Shown: positions 8,625-17,729 of the stretch, piece by piece
How the letters are laid out: every line of letters begins with the position of its first letter
Numbering within the stretch: the stretch's first letter is position 1
Origin: an uncultured virus (IMG/VR IMGVR_UViG_3300030019_000018)
Lineage: Duplodnaviria; Heunggongvirae; Uroviricota; Caudoviricetes; Crassvirales
IMG/VR virus record: IMGVR_UViG_3300030019_000018
Length of the DNA stretch: 30,039 bases
Reading direction: 5' to 3' (one strand)
Notes under the pieces: generated by a model
Told to the model about the DNA's origin: nothing
Database searches by the model: none
What the model saw: the letters and a program-made list of their open reading frames with translations, nothing else
Translations under genes and position numbers: made by a program

Positions 8625-10810
8625 CAGTACAAGATTGGTTAGGAGAAGAAAATGAGATAGGTATAAAAATATGGGAGAATAAATATAGGGTCAATAATGA
8701 AACATTTGATGGATTTTTAGCAAGAATATCTAATGGTAATGAAGATATTAAACAATTAATTATAGATAAAAAGTTTCTATTTGGAGGAAGGATTTTAGCT
8801 AATAGAGGTACTCAAAATTTAGGAGTAAAGACCACTTTTAGTAATTGTTACGTACTTCCTAAACCTAATGATAATATAGAAAGTATATTTGAAACTGGTA
8901 GAGATTTAGCTCGTACTTTTTCTTATGGAGGTGGAGTTGGAATAGATTTATCTAATTTATCTCCTAAAGGAACTAAAATTAATAATGCAGCTAAAGAAAC
9001 ATCTGGAGCTGTATCTTTTATGGAATTTTACTCTGTAATTACTGATGTAATAAGTCAGAAAGGAAGAAGAGGCGCTTTAATAATTAGTTTAGATTGTTCA
9101 CACCCAGATTTATTAGATTTTATTAATATTAAATCTGATTTGCATAAAGTAACTAAAGCAAATATATCAGTAAGAATTAATAAAGAGTTTATGCAAGCTG
9201 TTATTAATGATACTGATTATGCATTACATTTTAAAAGAGAAGAAACTGGAGAAGTCATTGAAAAAGTAATTAAAGCTAAAGAAGTGTTTATGCAATTAGC
9301 TAAGATGAATTGGAAAATGGCAGAACCAGGTATATTATTTTGGGATAACATAGAAAATAATAATCTTCTTTCAAATAATCCAGAGTTTGAATATGCTGGA
9401 GTTAATCCGTGTGCAGAAGAACCATTGCCAAGTGGTGGGAGTTGCTTACTTGGAAGTATAAATTTAGCAGAATTTGTAATTAATCCATTTACAAATAATG
9501 CTAATTTTAATATTGAAGATTTTACAGATACAATTCATAAAGCAGTGATTGCTTTAAATGAAGTTTTAGATGAAGGATTACCATTACATCCATTGCAAAT
9601 ACAAAGAGATACTGTAAATGATTGGAGGCAGATTGGGCTTGGAATAATGGGTTTATCTGATATGTTAATTAAATTAGGATTTAAATATGGGAGTACACAA
9701 TCATTAATTATTTGTGATTTAATAGCAAGTACTCTATTAAATGAATCTCTATGTGCATCAGCACAATTAGCTAAACAATATGGTACTTATCCAAAATACA
9801 ATGAGTTAATACTAGAAAATAATTGGTTTATTAATAGAACTTCTTGTTTTACTCAAAGAGAAGTTTTAGATAATGGTTTGAGAAATTCTCAAATATTAAC
9901 TATTGCTCCAACAGGTACATTATCTACTATGTTAGGAGTAAGTGGAGGAATTGAGCCTATATTTGCTAATTACTACACTAGAAAAACTCAATCTTTACAT
10001 AATAAGGATGTTGTATATAAAATATATACTCCTATTGTAAAAGAGTTTATGGATAAAAATAATATATCTGAAGAAAACTTACCTGAATATTTCACTACTT
10101 CTGAAAAAATAGTACCTTCAGAAAGAATCAAAATGCAGTCAGTATTTCAGAGATATATAGATGCTTCTATTAGTTCTACTATAAACCTTCCAAATTCTGC
10201 AACTGTAGAAGATATATACAATATTTATATAGAAGCTTATAAAGCAGGATTAAAAGGTTTAACAGTATATCGAGCAGGATGTGATAGGGAAGGGGTATTA
10301 GTTACAGAAGAAACTAAAAATAAAGAAACTTTAACTATATCAAAACGTCCTAATGAACTGATTGCTAATTTACATAAGATTAAGATTAAGGGTATAGATT
10401 ATATTGTAGTGGTTGGATTACTAGATAAAAAACCTTATGAAATATTTTGTCAAAAAACTGCTCTCCCAATTAGTAATACTATAGGAAAAGTAATTAAAAT
10501 ACAAAAAGGAGTATATAAGTTTAGAAATGAAGAATCTTCTATAACATTAGCAGAAAATACTATTGAAGAAAAAACACATGCTTTATTTATAAGTATGCTG
10601 CTAAGACATAACGTACCTTTAGTAGAAGTTATTAAAACATCTAAAAAAGTAGATGATAATATTGTATCCTTTACTTCTGCTATATGTAGAGTATTACAAA
10701 AGTATAACAGTATAGTAACTAAAGAAGTATGTCCAGAATGTGGAGAAGAAATAATTAATGAGGGTGGTTGTATGAAATGTCCCCATTGTGGATATTCAAA
10801 ATGCAATTAA
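8621..10810 (+). CDS. nrdJ: Ribonucleotide reductase, class II (adenosylcobalamin-dependent)
   Basis: FLFGGRIL, SNCYV, NPCAE (thiyl-radical Cys), SCLLGSINL, TIAPTGT and C-terminal CPECG...EGGCMKCPHCGYSKC. No adjacent nrdB beta-subunit gene. Confidence 0.9.
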   Translation: MTVQDWLGEENEIGIKIWENKYRVNNETFDGFLARISNGNEDIKQLIIDKKFLFGGRILANRGTQNLGVKTTFSNCYVLPKPNDNIESIFETGRDLARTFSYGGGVGIDLSNLSPKGTKINNAAKETSGAVSFMEFYSVITDVISQKGRRGALIISLDCSHPDLLDFINIKSDLHKVTKANISVRINKEFMQAVINDTDYALHFKREETGEVIEKVIKAKEVFMQLAKMNWKMAEPGILFWDNIENNNLLSNNPEFEYAGVNPCAEEPLPSGGSCLLGSINLAEFVINPFTNNANFNIEDFTDTIHKAVIALNEVLDEGLPLHPLQIQRDTVNDWRQIGLGIMGLSDMLIKLGFKYGSTQSLIICDLIASTLLNESLCASAQLAKQYGTYPKYNELILENNWFINRTSCFTQREVLDNGLRNSQILTIAPTGTLSTMLGVSGGIEPIFANYYTRKTQSLHNKDVVYKIYTPIVKEFMDKNNISEENLPEYFTTSEKIVPSERIKMQSVFQRYIDASISSTINLPNSATVEDIYNIYIEAYKAGLKGLTVYRAGCDREGVLVTEETKNKETLTISKRPNELIANLHKIKIKGIDYIVVVGLLDKKPYEIFCQKTALPISNTIGKVIKIQKGVYKFRNEESSITLAENTIEEKTHALFISMLLRHNVPLVEVIKTSKKVDDNIVSFTSAICRVLQKYNSIVTKEVCPECGEEIINEGGCMKCPHCGYSKCN

Positions 10811-10828
10811 AACATAAATTAAAAAAGA

Positions 10829-11380
10829 ATGGAATATGGTATAGCCTTAATTGGACTGTTATTATTGTGTGGCTTATTATATCAACACAATAAAAAAATA
10901 GATGAATTATTTTTAGGAATTAACAAATATAACAGTAAATTAATTAAAGAGAAGAAAGGTAAAATAAAGTTTAAAAGAGGATATGAAAAGACAGAACATC
11001 CAATTATTCCTATAATTCTAAAAGAACATATTTATTATGTGCTACTAGATACAGGAGCTAATAATAATATTATTGATTACACTTTATTAAAGGCAATATA
11101 TAAGGAGGATAATTTAGAAGTAGAGAGTACAGAACCTATTAATTGTGGTACTAATAGTTTTAATAATGTACACAAAGTAAAATTAGATTTTCAAATTGAA
11201 ACTGATATTTATTTTCAAAAATGTACAGAATATTTTTCTATTTTAGATATAAAGCCTACTTTAGATGTTATATCTAATAAATATGAAAGAGAAATAATTG
11301 GAATACTTGGTACCAAGTTCTTTAATGATAATCATTTTAGAATTGATTTTGATAATTATTTAATTACTATTAATAAATGA
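10829..11380 (+). CDS. Retropepsin-like aspartic protease with an N-terminal membrane anchor
   Basis: VLLDTGANNNII catalytic DTG motif, IIGILGTKFF C-terminal motif, and hydrophobic N-terminus GIALIGLLLLCGLLY. Confidence 0.75.
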   Translation: MEYGIALIGLLLLCGLLYQHNKKIDELFLGINKYNSKLIKEKKGKIKFKRGYEKTEHPIIPIILKEHIYYVLLDTGANNNIIDYTLLKAIYKEDNLEVESTEPINCGTNSFNNVHKVKLDFQIETDIYFQKCTEYFSILDIKPTLDVISNKYEREIIGILGTKFFNDNHFRIDFDNYLITINK

Positions 11381-12667
11381 TATATTTAGTAAGTAGTCAA
11401 TTAAGTCTATTTGATTCTTCTAATTATACAAAACTTACATTAGAGGGCTCTATTAAAATGATAGAGTCTTTTAATGTAATACAATTTGATACTGAAACTA
11501 CTGGAAGAGATGCACATATATGTGATATATTATGTGCTCAATTTGGTAATAAAAAACAAGATATTCAAATTGTAGTAGATACTACTACTATATCTATTTT
11601 ACATTATAAGAAGTTATTAGAAACTAAACTTATTATAGGTCAAAATCTAAAATTTGATTTACAATTTTTATTCAAATATAATATTATACCTACTAAAGTA
11701 TATGATACTATGATAGTAGAACAATTATTATATTTAGGTTATCCTCCTGGAAATATACCTGGAGGAATAAGTTTCTCATTACTAGCTATTGCTAAAAGAT
11801 ATTTAAATATAGATTTAGATAAATCAATTAGAGGTGAAATTATATGGAGAGGTCTTGATGATTCTGTAATAGTTTATGCTGCTAATGATGTAAAATGGTT
11901 AGAAGATATAGTAGAAAAACAAATAGAAGAATGTAAAAGAAAAGACTGCATAATAGGAGCTAAATTAGAATGTGATTTTGTACCTGTAATATCATATTTA
12001 GAATGGTGTGGTATAAAATTAGATGTAGATAAATGGAATAAAAAGATGTTAAAAGATAAGTTAAATATGCAAAATGGTGCTATTAAACTTAATATATTTA
12101 CAATAGCTTTAAATAATCCAAAATTTTATGTTTCTAATTTACAAGGTGATCTATTTGAAGGTTTTAATTCAGAACCTGTATGTAATATAAATTGGGCAAG
12201 TTCACAACAAGTAATAAAACTTGCTAAATATTTAGGATTTGATACTAAAGTAGTAGATAAAAAGACAGGAGAAGATAAAGAAAGTGTTTTAGAAAAGCAT
12301 TTAAAAGGACAAAAAGGAATAAATGATGATTTTTTAAAAATATATTTTGATTATAAAGAAGCTGAAAAAGTAGTAAGCACTTATGGACAAAAATATTTAA
12401 ATGCTATAAATCCTTTAACTGAAAGAATACATACCCAATTTAAACAAATTGGTGCTTCTTCTTCTAGGATGTCATGCGGTAGTAAACAAATTAATACTGA
12501 TTTAGCTAAACTTAAAAAATTACCTATTAAACCTTCTAATAAACAAAGTGACTTAGTATGTTCTTATCCTCAATTACAGAATCTACCTGCAGATGAAGAT
12601 ACTAGAAGTGCCTTTATTTCAAAGAAAGATAACTATATGTGTAGTTGTGATTATAGTGCCTTAGAGT
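11377..12667 (+). CDS. polA: DNA polymerase family A, exon 1 (3'-5' exonuclease domain to motif A). Spliced CDS join(11377..12667,13737..13917,14796..15423) = 2100 nt, 699 aa
   Basis: ExoI FDTETTG, ExoII GQNLKFD, ExoIII YAANDV, then SSRMS, PQLQNLP and motif A CDYSALE. The unspliced ORF reads on into the intron and stops at 12693. Confidence 0.9.
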
Positions 12668-12709
12668 TAATAAAACTTGTTACATATATTTAGTATTTTA
12701 CTATAACTA

Positions 12710-12740
12710 TTGTATTTACTGATTATTTTACTTATCTTTG
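12710..12740 (+). promoter_or_regulatory. Bacteroidota-type sigma70 promoter inside intron 1, upstream of the LAGLIDADG ORF
   Basis: TTG (12710-12712), 20-nt spacer, TATCTTTG (12733-12740), an exact TAnnTTTG -7 element 27 nt before the ATG at 12768. Confidence 0.65.
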
Positions 12741-12767
12741 CATATTAATAATAAAGAGTAAGTTATA

Positions 12768-13607
12768 ATGAGTAAATTTACAAAAGAAAAAGAACTAGAA
12801 ATTGTTAAAATGTATAAATTAGGAAAATCTCAAAAAGATATAGCTAATTTTTACAATACTTTTAATACTTCTATAAGAAGAGTTTTAATTAGAAATAATA
12901 TAAAAATTAGAAAAGGTGAAAAAGTTTTGAGATTATGTAAAAATAATCCATTTAAAAGAAATTGTGAGTATTCAGAATATTTTCTAGGATTACTTCTTAC
13001 AGATGGTTGTATCAGTAAGGGTAGAGAAAAAAAGAATAGTACTATTAGTCTATCTTTAAATGAAAGAGATGGTTATATTGTAGAACAATTTAGAAATTTC
13101 ATTAATCCTAATCTAAAATTACAAAAAGTATTACAAAATTTAAATAATTCTTACATGCATGCAGTATGTTTTACTAATTGTGAAGTAGAAGAATGGTTAA
13201 AAAGAAAAGGTAATTTTAATAATAAAAGTTATGATTGTAAAATATATACTCCTATAACATGGAATATACTAAGAGGTATATTTGATGGAGATGGGGGATT
13301 TCATTCTAGTTGTAACCACTTAGGTTTTTTTATTTGTGGTAGATCATTAGTATTTATTGAACAAATTAAAAATTTTTTATTAAAATATGGTTTTACAGTA
13401 TATTTAAGAAAAAGAAAAAATAGTATTTCTGATTCTTTATTTTTATATTACGTAGAAATTCATAAAATAAATGAGGTACTAAAACTAGGAGAATTAATGT
13501 ATGGAAATTCCCATATTTTTATAAAAAGAAAATATGATAAATGGCTCGCCTTCTATGAAAGTAGAAGGGCATATACCTTAAATTCAGGGAAAGAGATGGA
13601 AATCTAA
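12768..13607 (+). CDS. Intron-encoded double-motif LAGLIDADG homing endonuclease with an N-terminal HTH
   Basis: Two motifs, YFLGLLLTDGCI and ILRGIFDGDGGF. The N-terminal KSQKDIANFYNTFNTSIRRVL is HTH-like. Confidence 0.9.
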   Translation: MSKFTKEKELEIVKMYKLGKSQKDIANFYNTFNTSIRRVLIRNNIKIRKGEKVLRLCKNNPFKRNCEYSEYFLGLLLTDGCISKGREKKNSTISLSLNERDGYIVEQFRNFINPNLKLQKVLQNLNNSYMHAVCFTNCEVEEWLKRKGNFNNKSYDCKIYTPITWNILRGIFDGDGGFHSSCNHLGFFICGRSLVFIEQIKNFLLKYGFTVYLRKRKNSISDSLFLYYVEIHKINEVLKLGELMYGNSHIFIKRKYDKWLAFYESRRAYTLNSGKEMEI

Positions 13608-13736
13608 TCCTGAGCGAAATCTATTCACCTACTAGGTAATTATAAAGAGATAGAGACGTGCAGAGACTATAATAGGTACACCTAAGTATAATAATTATAT
13701 ATGGTGAAGGGATAGTCCAACCTTAACAAGTGGTAG

Positions 13737-13917
13737 CAAGATTAGGAGCAGATATATATAATGAAACTGCTATGTTAAAAGAATTTTTAGAAGGTGGTGG
13801 AGATATGCACAGTTTATGTGCTAAGATGGTTTATTATGAGGATTTAAAAGATGTAGAAGTAAAAGATGTTAAAAAGTTACGTCCTGATTTAAGACATGAT
13901 GTTAAACCAATTGAGTT
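13737..13917 (+). CDS. polA: DNA polymerase family A, exon 2 (end of motif A to motif B)
   Basis: 181 nt encoding (S)RLGADIYNE...GDMHSLCAKM...PDLRHDVKPIE(F). It is in frame with exons 1 and 3 after splicing. Confidence 0.9.
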
Positions 13918-14795
13918 CAAAAAGGCTGGACTCCTTATATAGAAATATATATGTAAAAACGTAAATAACGGAGAATGCTAGAACTCCGTGATGGTATAAT
14001 ATATATACCTTCCTAGAGACTACTAATACGGATCTAAATGTAAAAATATTTTTACACAAGATTAAGGAATAGTCCAAAAATTAATAATTATATGAAACAA
14101 AGATTTTGTAAAGTTTGTGGTAAGCTTCAAACCATTAGTGAACATGGTAATTTATGTTGGAAACATTATATACAATTTAAAAAATATGGTAAATTTTTAG
14201 ACACAAATTCAAGAACTAAAAATGTACCTAATGAATTTAGATTTATAGGTAATGATACAGTAGAGTTAGATACTTATGATAATTTTGGAACAAAAAATTA
14301 TACATATTTAATAGACACTGATGATTATCCTTTAATAAGTAGACATAAATGGTGTACTGCTTTATATAAAAATAAACCTTATGCCATGGAAGGCTGTTCC
14401 AGAATTAAATTACATAGATTCATATTGAATCCTAAACCAGGCTCTTTAATAGATCATATAGATGGTAATTCATTAAATAATAAAAAAAATAATTTAAGAG
14501 TAGCTAGTTCTTCTTTAAATGGGATAAATTTATTAAAAGATGGGTTACAACACAAAGGAGTATATCAAAAAAAGTCTGGAAAATGGTATGCAGTATTACA
14601 ATGGCAAGGAAAGCAGTATTTTTCAAATATGTATTATTTACAAGAAGAAGCTTGTTTTGCTAGATATTTAATGGAACAATTATTTGTTCCTCATACTATT
14701 ATTCAATGTAATCAGGATGCTATTAATAAATTATCTTTAATTCAAAAAGATAATATAATTAATACTATAAATAAAAAGTTTCATAATTAATTAAG
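13918..14795 (+). mobile_element. Group I intron 2 in polA, carrying an HNH-AP2 homing endonuclease
   Basis: The exon ends in U (13917) and the intron in G (14795). Splicing gives GAG TT|C AGC CAA = KPIEF-SQQFGG. P1: exon GAGTT pairs with GACTC (13929-13933) with a U.G wobble at the splice site. P10: GGCTG (13924-13928) pairs with 3' exon CAGCC (14796-14800). P4 ACGGAG/CTCCGT; P7 GACTA (14018-14022)/TAGTC (14070-14074). Confidence 0.9.
14092..14790 (+). CDS. Intron-encoded HNH homing endonuclease with a C-terminal AP2-like domain
   Basis: LHRFI...IDHIDGNSLNNKKNNLRVA (HNH), then HKGVYQKKSGKWYAVL...EEACFAR (AP2-like), with an N-terminal CKVC...CWKH zinc-finger-like motif. It lies 3' of P7. Confidence 0.9.
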   Translation: MKQRFCKVCGKLQTISEHGNLCWKHYIQFKKYGKFLDTNSRTKNVPNEFRFIGNDTVELDTYDNFGTKNYTYLIDTDDYPLISRHKWCTALYKNKPYAMEGCSRIKLHRFILNPKPGSLIDHIDGNSLNNKKNNLRVASSSLNGINLLKDGLQHKGVYQKKSGKWYAVLQWQGKQYFSNMYYLQEEACFARYLMEQLFVPHTIIQCNQDAINKLSLIQKDNIINTINKKFHN

Positions 14796-15423
14796 CAGCC
14801 AACAGTTTGGAGGATCAGAATTTGCTATAGCATCTGCATTAGGGTGTAGTATAGAAGAAGCTTTAAAATTTAAAAATGCTTATGATGAAGGTTTTAAAGG
14901 TGTGACAGAATTTAAAAATAAAGGCAGTAAGTTTGTAAGAGAAAATGGTTATATATTAATATGTAAATATACTGGACATAAAATATATTGGTATGATTGG
15001 AAAGAATGGAAAGATAGACAGAAATCTTTTAATAGTGAATTTTGGGATGAATACAAAACATTAAAATCTTTTTTAAGTCCCTCAGAATGGAATAGTCATC
15101 CTATGAGGCAAAAAGTAAGTTATCATTTTAAAGCCGCTTCAAAGTATGACAGATTAGCTCTCAACTCCCCTACCCAGGGAACAGGTATTATTTGTTTAAA
15201 GCATGCTATGATAGATTTTTTTAATTGGATTGTTGCAAATAATTTATTTAACATTGTATTAATTTGTAATTTAGTACATGATGAAGCAGTTATAGAATAT
15301 CCTAAAAGTATGCCTGATATAGCAAAAATATTACAAGAGAAAATGGAACATGCTACCAGTATTTATTGTAAAAAACTACCTATACCTGCATGTTCAGAAA
15401 TATCAGATCATTGGGTACATTAA
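14796..15423 (+). CDS. polA: DNA polymerase family A, exon 3 (motif B end to motif C)
   Basis: SQQFGGSEFAI...RLALNSPTQGTG...NLVHDEAV (motif C)...WVH. The track ORF at 14902 is an internal GTG of this exon. Confidence 0.9.
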
Positions 15424-15439
15424 AAACAAAAAAAACTAT

Positions 15440-15895
15440 ATGCAAATAGGAGATAAATACCTAGCAGAATGGCATTTTAACTATGATATGGTAGATTGTA
15501 TATTAGGAGTAATTACTATATCAAATATATATGATAATGGTGGTTACTCCTTTACTTATACTAACAAATGGAGTACTTCTACTTATCGTAGTAATAGATG
15601 TAGAAATATAAAAATAATTAAAAAGGTAGATAAAGAAATGAGTAGATATATAGTATTATGGAATGGTAATACTGGAGAACCTAATGGTAAATATTCAGGT
15701 CATAAAGTATTAAATGATAAAGAATTAATTGAATTTTTACATGATAGATTAGAAGATAAGTATGAAGAAGATGGAGAAGATTTATCAGAAGAAGAATTTA
15801 CTAAAGTTATAAAGAAAATTATAAAAAATAGATCATATGAATATGAAAATCTTGATACTGGAATTAAATTAATAATTGAAATTGAGAAAGTATGA
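15440..15895 (+). CDS. Hypothetical protein
   Basis: The track start (15350) overlaps polA. The ATG at 15440, after an A-rich leader, is more likely. ATGA overlap with the next gene. Confidence 0.6.
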   Translation: MQIGDKYLAEWHFNYDMVDCILGVITISNIYDNGGYSFTYTNKWSTSTYRSNRCRNIKIIKKVDKEMSRYIVLWNGNTGEPNGKYSGHKVLNDKELIEFLHDRLEDKYEEDGEDLSEEEFTKVIKKIIKNRSYEYENLDTGIKLIIEIEKV

Positions 15896-16824
15896 GTTTA
15901 CTGGGTGTACATGGAAAAATTTCCTCGGGAAAAGATACAATAGGTCTAATTATACAATATTTAATAGATAAAAATAATTCTGGTCTTACATATACACAAA
16001 ATTTAAGTAAAGATTACAGCATATTAGATGATTTTAATGGTTATTGTAATAGAATATTAGATAGAAGTAGTGTATTTGAAATTAAGAAATTTGCTGATCC
16101 TTTAAAGGATATTGTATGTATATTATTAGGATGTACTAGAAAAGATTTAGAAAGTCAAGAATTTAAATCACAAGAATTAGGGGAAGAATGGAAAATTTGG
16201 AAATATACAATTAATGAAGATGAAAATATATTTGATGGTAATTGTATGATAACAAATGGTATATTTCAATCAAAACAGGAAGCTGAAAATTTTATTAAAG
16301 AACATAAAATTATTAATATTCTTGATATAAAATCAGAAATTTTAACTCCTAGAATGTTATTACAACAAATAGGTACAGATTTATTTAGAGAACAATTACA
16401 TCCTAAAATTTGGATAAATGCTTTATTTAAAGATTATGTAGATATACCTATTGTAAGTTTTGATTTATGTTCTATACCAAAAGGAGAAACTTTAGAATCT
16501 TATGGTATAGAAAAAATAAGAAAAGAAGGTAAGATAATAAAAGATATAAGTAATTGGGTAATAACTGATGTTAGATTTCCAGATGAAGCAAATTATATAA
16601 AAGAAAGAGGTGGTATTTTAATTAAAGTAGTTAGAGATAGTGAAATAAATAGATGGAAAAAATTAGATGATGGTACTCATGAATATCCTGAAGAACATAT
16701 ATCTGAAACTGCTTTAGATAATTATGATAAATTTGACTATGTTATAGATAATAATGGTACTATTGAAGAATTAATAATAAAAATAAAAGATGTATTAATT
16801 AAAGAACACTTTGTAAATGGTTAA
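15892..16824 (+). CDS. Deoxynucleoside monophosphate kinase (phage dNMP kinase family)
   Basis: P-loop GKISSGKDT, KFADPLK, PRMLLQQIGTD, VITDVRFPDE and HISE, with several insertions that make it 310 aa. Confidence 0.85.
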   Translation: MSLLGVHGKISSGKDTIGLIIQYLIDKNNSGLTYTQNLSKDYSILDDFNGYCNRILDRSSVFEIKKFADPLKDIVCILLGCTRKDLESQEFKSQELGEEWKIWKYTINEDENIFDGNCMITNGIFQSKQEAENFIKEHKIINILDIKSEILTPRMLLQQIGTDLFREQLHPKIWINALFKDYVDIPIVSFDLCSIPKGETLESYGIEKIRKEGKIIKDISNWVITDVRFPDEANYIKERGGILIKVVRDSEINRWKKLDDGTHEYPEEHISETALDNYDKFDYVIDNNGTIEELIIKIKDVLIKEHFVNG

Positions 16825-17293
16825 AGTAAAATTTAAAAAATTACATGAATTAGCTTCTATTCCTAAGAAAGCTACAGAATTAGCAGGGGGATTTGATGTT
16901 ACAGTTACAGAGATTATACAAGAAGATAAAGATTTTGTAATATGTAAACTAGGATTTGCTTTACAACCTCCTGTTAATTATAAAATAACTTTAGTTCCTA
17001 GAAGTAGTTTAACTAAAACCAGATGGATTTTACAAAATACACCTGGCTTAGGAGATGCTGATTATACTGGAGAATATTCATTTAGATTTAGAGCTATTCC
17101 TGAGTTATGTCAATTAATTAATTGGGGTAGTTACCAAAGTACAGAATTAAAATATCCTAAATTTCCTTATAAAGTAGGAGATAGAATAGGTCAAATGTAT
17201 TTAGAAGAAGTTATTCCTACTGAATTTATAGAAGTAGAGGAGTTAGAAGAAACTAAAAGAGGAAATGGTGGATTTGGATCTACAGATAAATAA
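16817..17293 (+). CDS. dut: Trimeric dUTPase
   Basis: All five motifs: AGGFD, PRSS, GLGDADYTGE, RIGQ and RGNGGFGST. Confidence 0.92.
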   Translation: MVKVKFKKLHELASIPKKATELAGGFDVTVTEIIQEDKDFVICKLGFALQPPVNYKITLVPRSSLTKTRWILQNTPGLGDADYTGEYSFRFRAIPELCQLINWGSYQSTELKYPKFPYKVGDRIGQMYLEEVIPTEFIEVEELEETKRGNGGFGSTDK

Positions 17294-17300
17294 ATAATAT

Positions 17301-17621
17301 ATGATAGTATATAAAGCAATAGAAACAGATGATGGTGTTTTTAGACTTTCTGATAGTGTAGAAAATGAAAAGTTTATAGAAATGCCAGATTTTACAATAA
17401 CAAAAGACCATAAGGAAGTAGATTACTATGATAGTCCTTATTTTTTATTAAATGCTGTATATCCTTATTTACAAAATAAAAGTAATGATATATCTAAAGA
17501 CTTTTTAAAACAAGATATAGAAGGAATGGAGAAGTATTTAAAAAATGATAAAGAGGAATTATTAGAAATATTTGAAGAGGCTTTTAGAATAGGAATGTTA
17601 AGCTATGATTTATTAAAATAA
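17301..17621 (+). CDS. Hypothetical protein
   Basis: 106-aa acidic ATG ORF between dut and thyX. Confidence 0.65.
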   Translation: MIVYKAIETDDGVFRLSDSVENEKFIEMPDFTITKDHKEVDYYDSPYFLLNAVYPYLQNKSNDISKDFLKQDIEGMEKYLKNDKEELLEIFEEAFRIGMLSYDLLK

Positions 17622-17640
17622 TTATAAGTACAAAAAATAT

Positions 17641-17679
17641 AAATTCTTGAACATGTTTTTAGCATATGTTCAAGAATTT
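17641..17679. repeat. Perfect 14-bp inverted repeat upstream of thyX
   Basis: AAATTCTTGAACAT (17641-17654), 11-nt spacer, ATGTTCAAGAATTT (17666-17679). Confidence 0.75.
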
Positions 17680-17729
17680 TAAATTATTAAACATATGAGT
17701 TTAGAACTTTTAAAATTAAAATGTATTAG

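Larger units (their letters stand above)
12668..13736 (+). mobile_element. Group I intron 1 in polA, carrying a LAGLIDADG homing endonuclease
   Basis: The exon ends in U (12667) and the intron in G (13736). Splicing gives GAG T|CA AGA = DYSALE-S-RLGAD. Core elements: P AATTCAGGGAA (13581-13591), Q AATCCTGAGC (13606-13615), R GTGCAGAGACTA (13658-13669), S GAAGGGATAGTCC (13706-13718); P7 GACTA/TAGTC and P3 TACCT/AGGTA. Confidence 0.9.

Noticed and set aside
11377..15423. polA as a pseudogene, intein-containing gene or naturally split gene
   Set aside because: The insertions contain stop codons and separate ORFs and lack intein splice residues. They show group I P/Q/R/S elements, and precise removal restores an intact frame.
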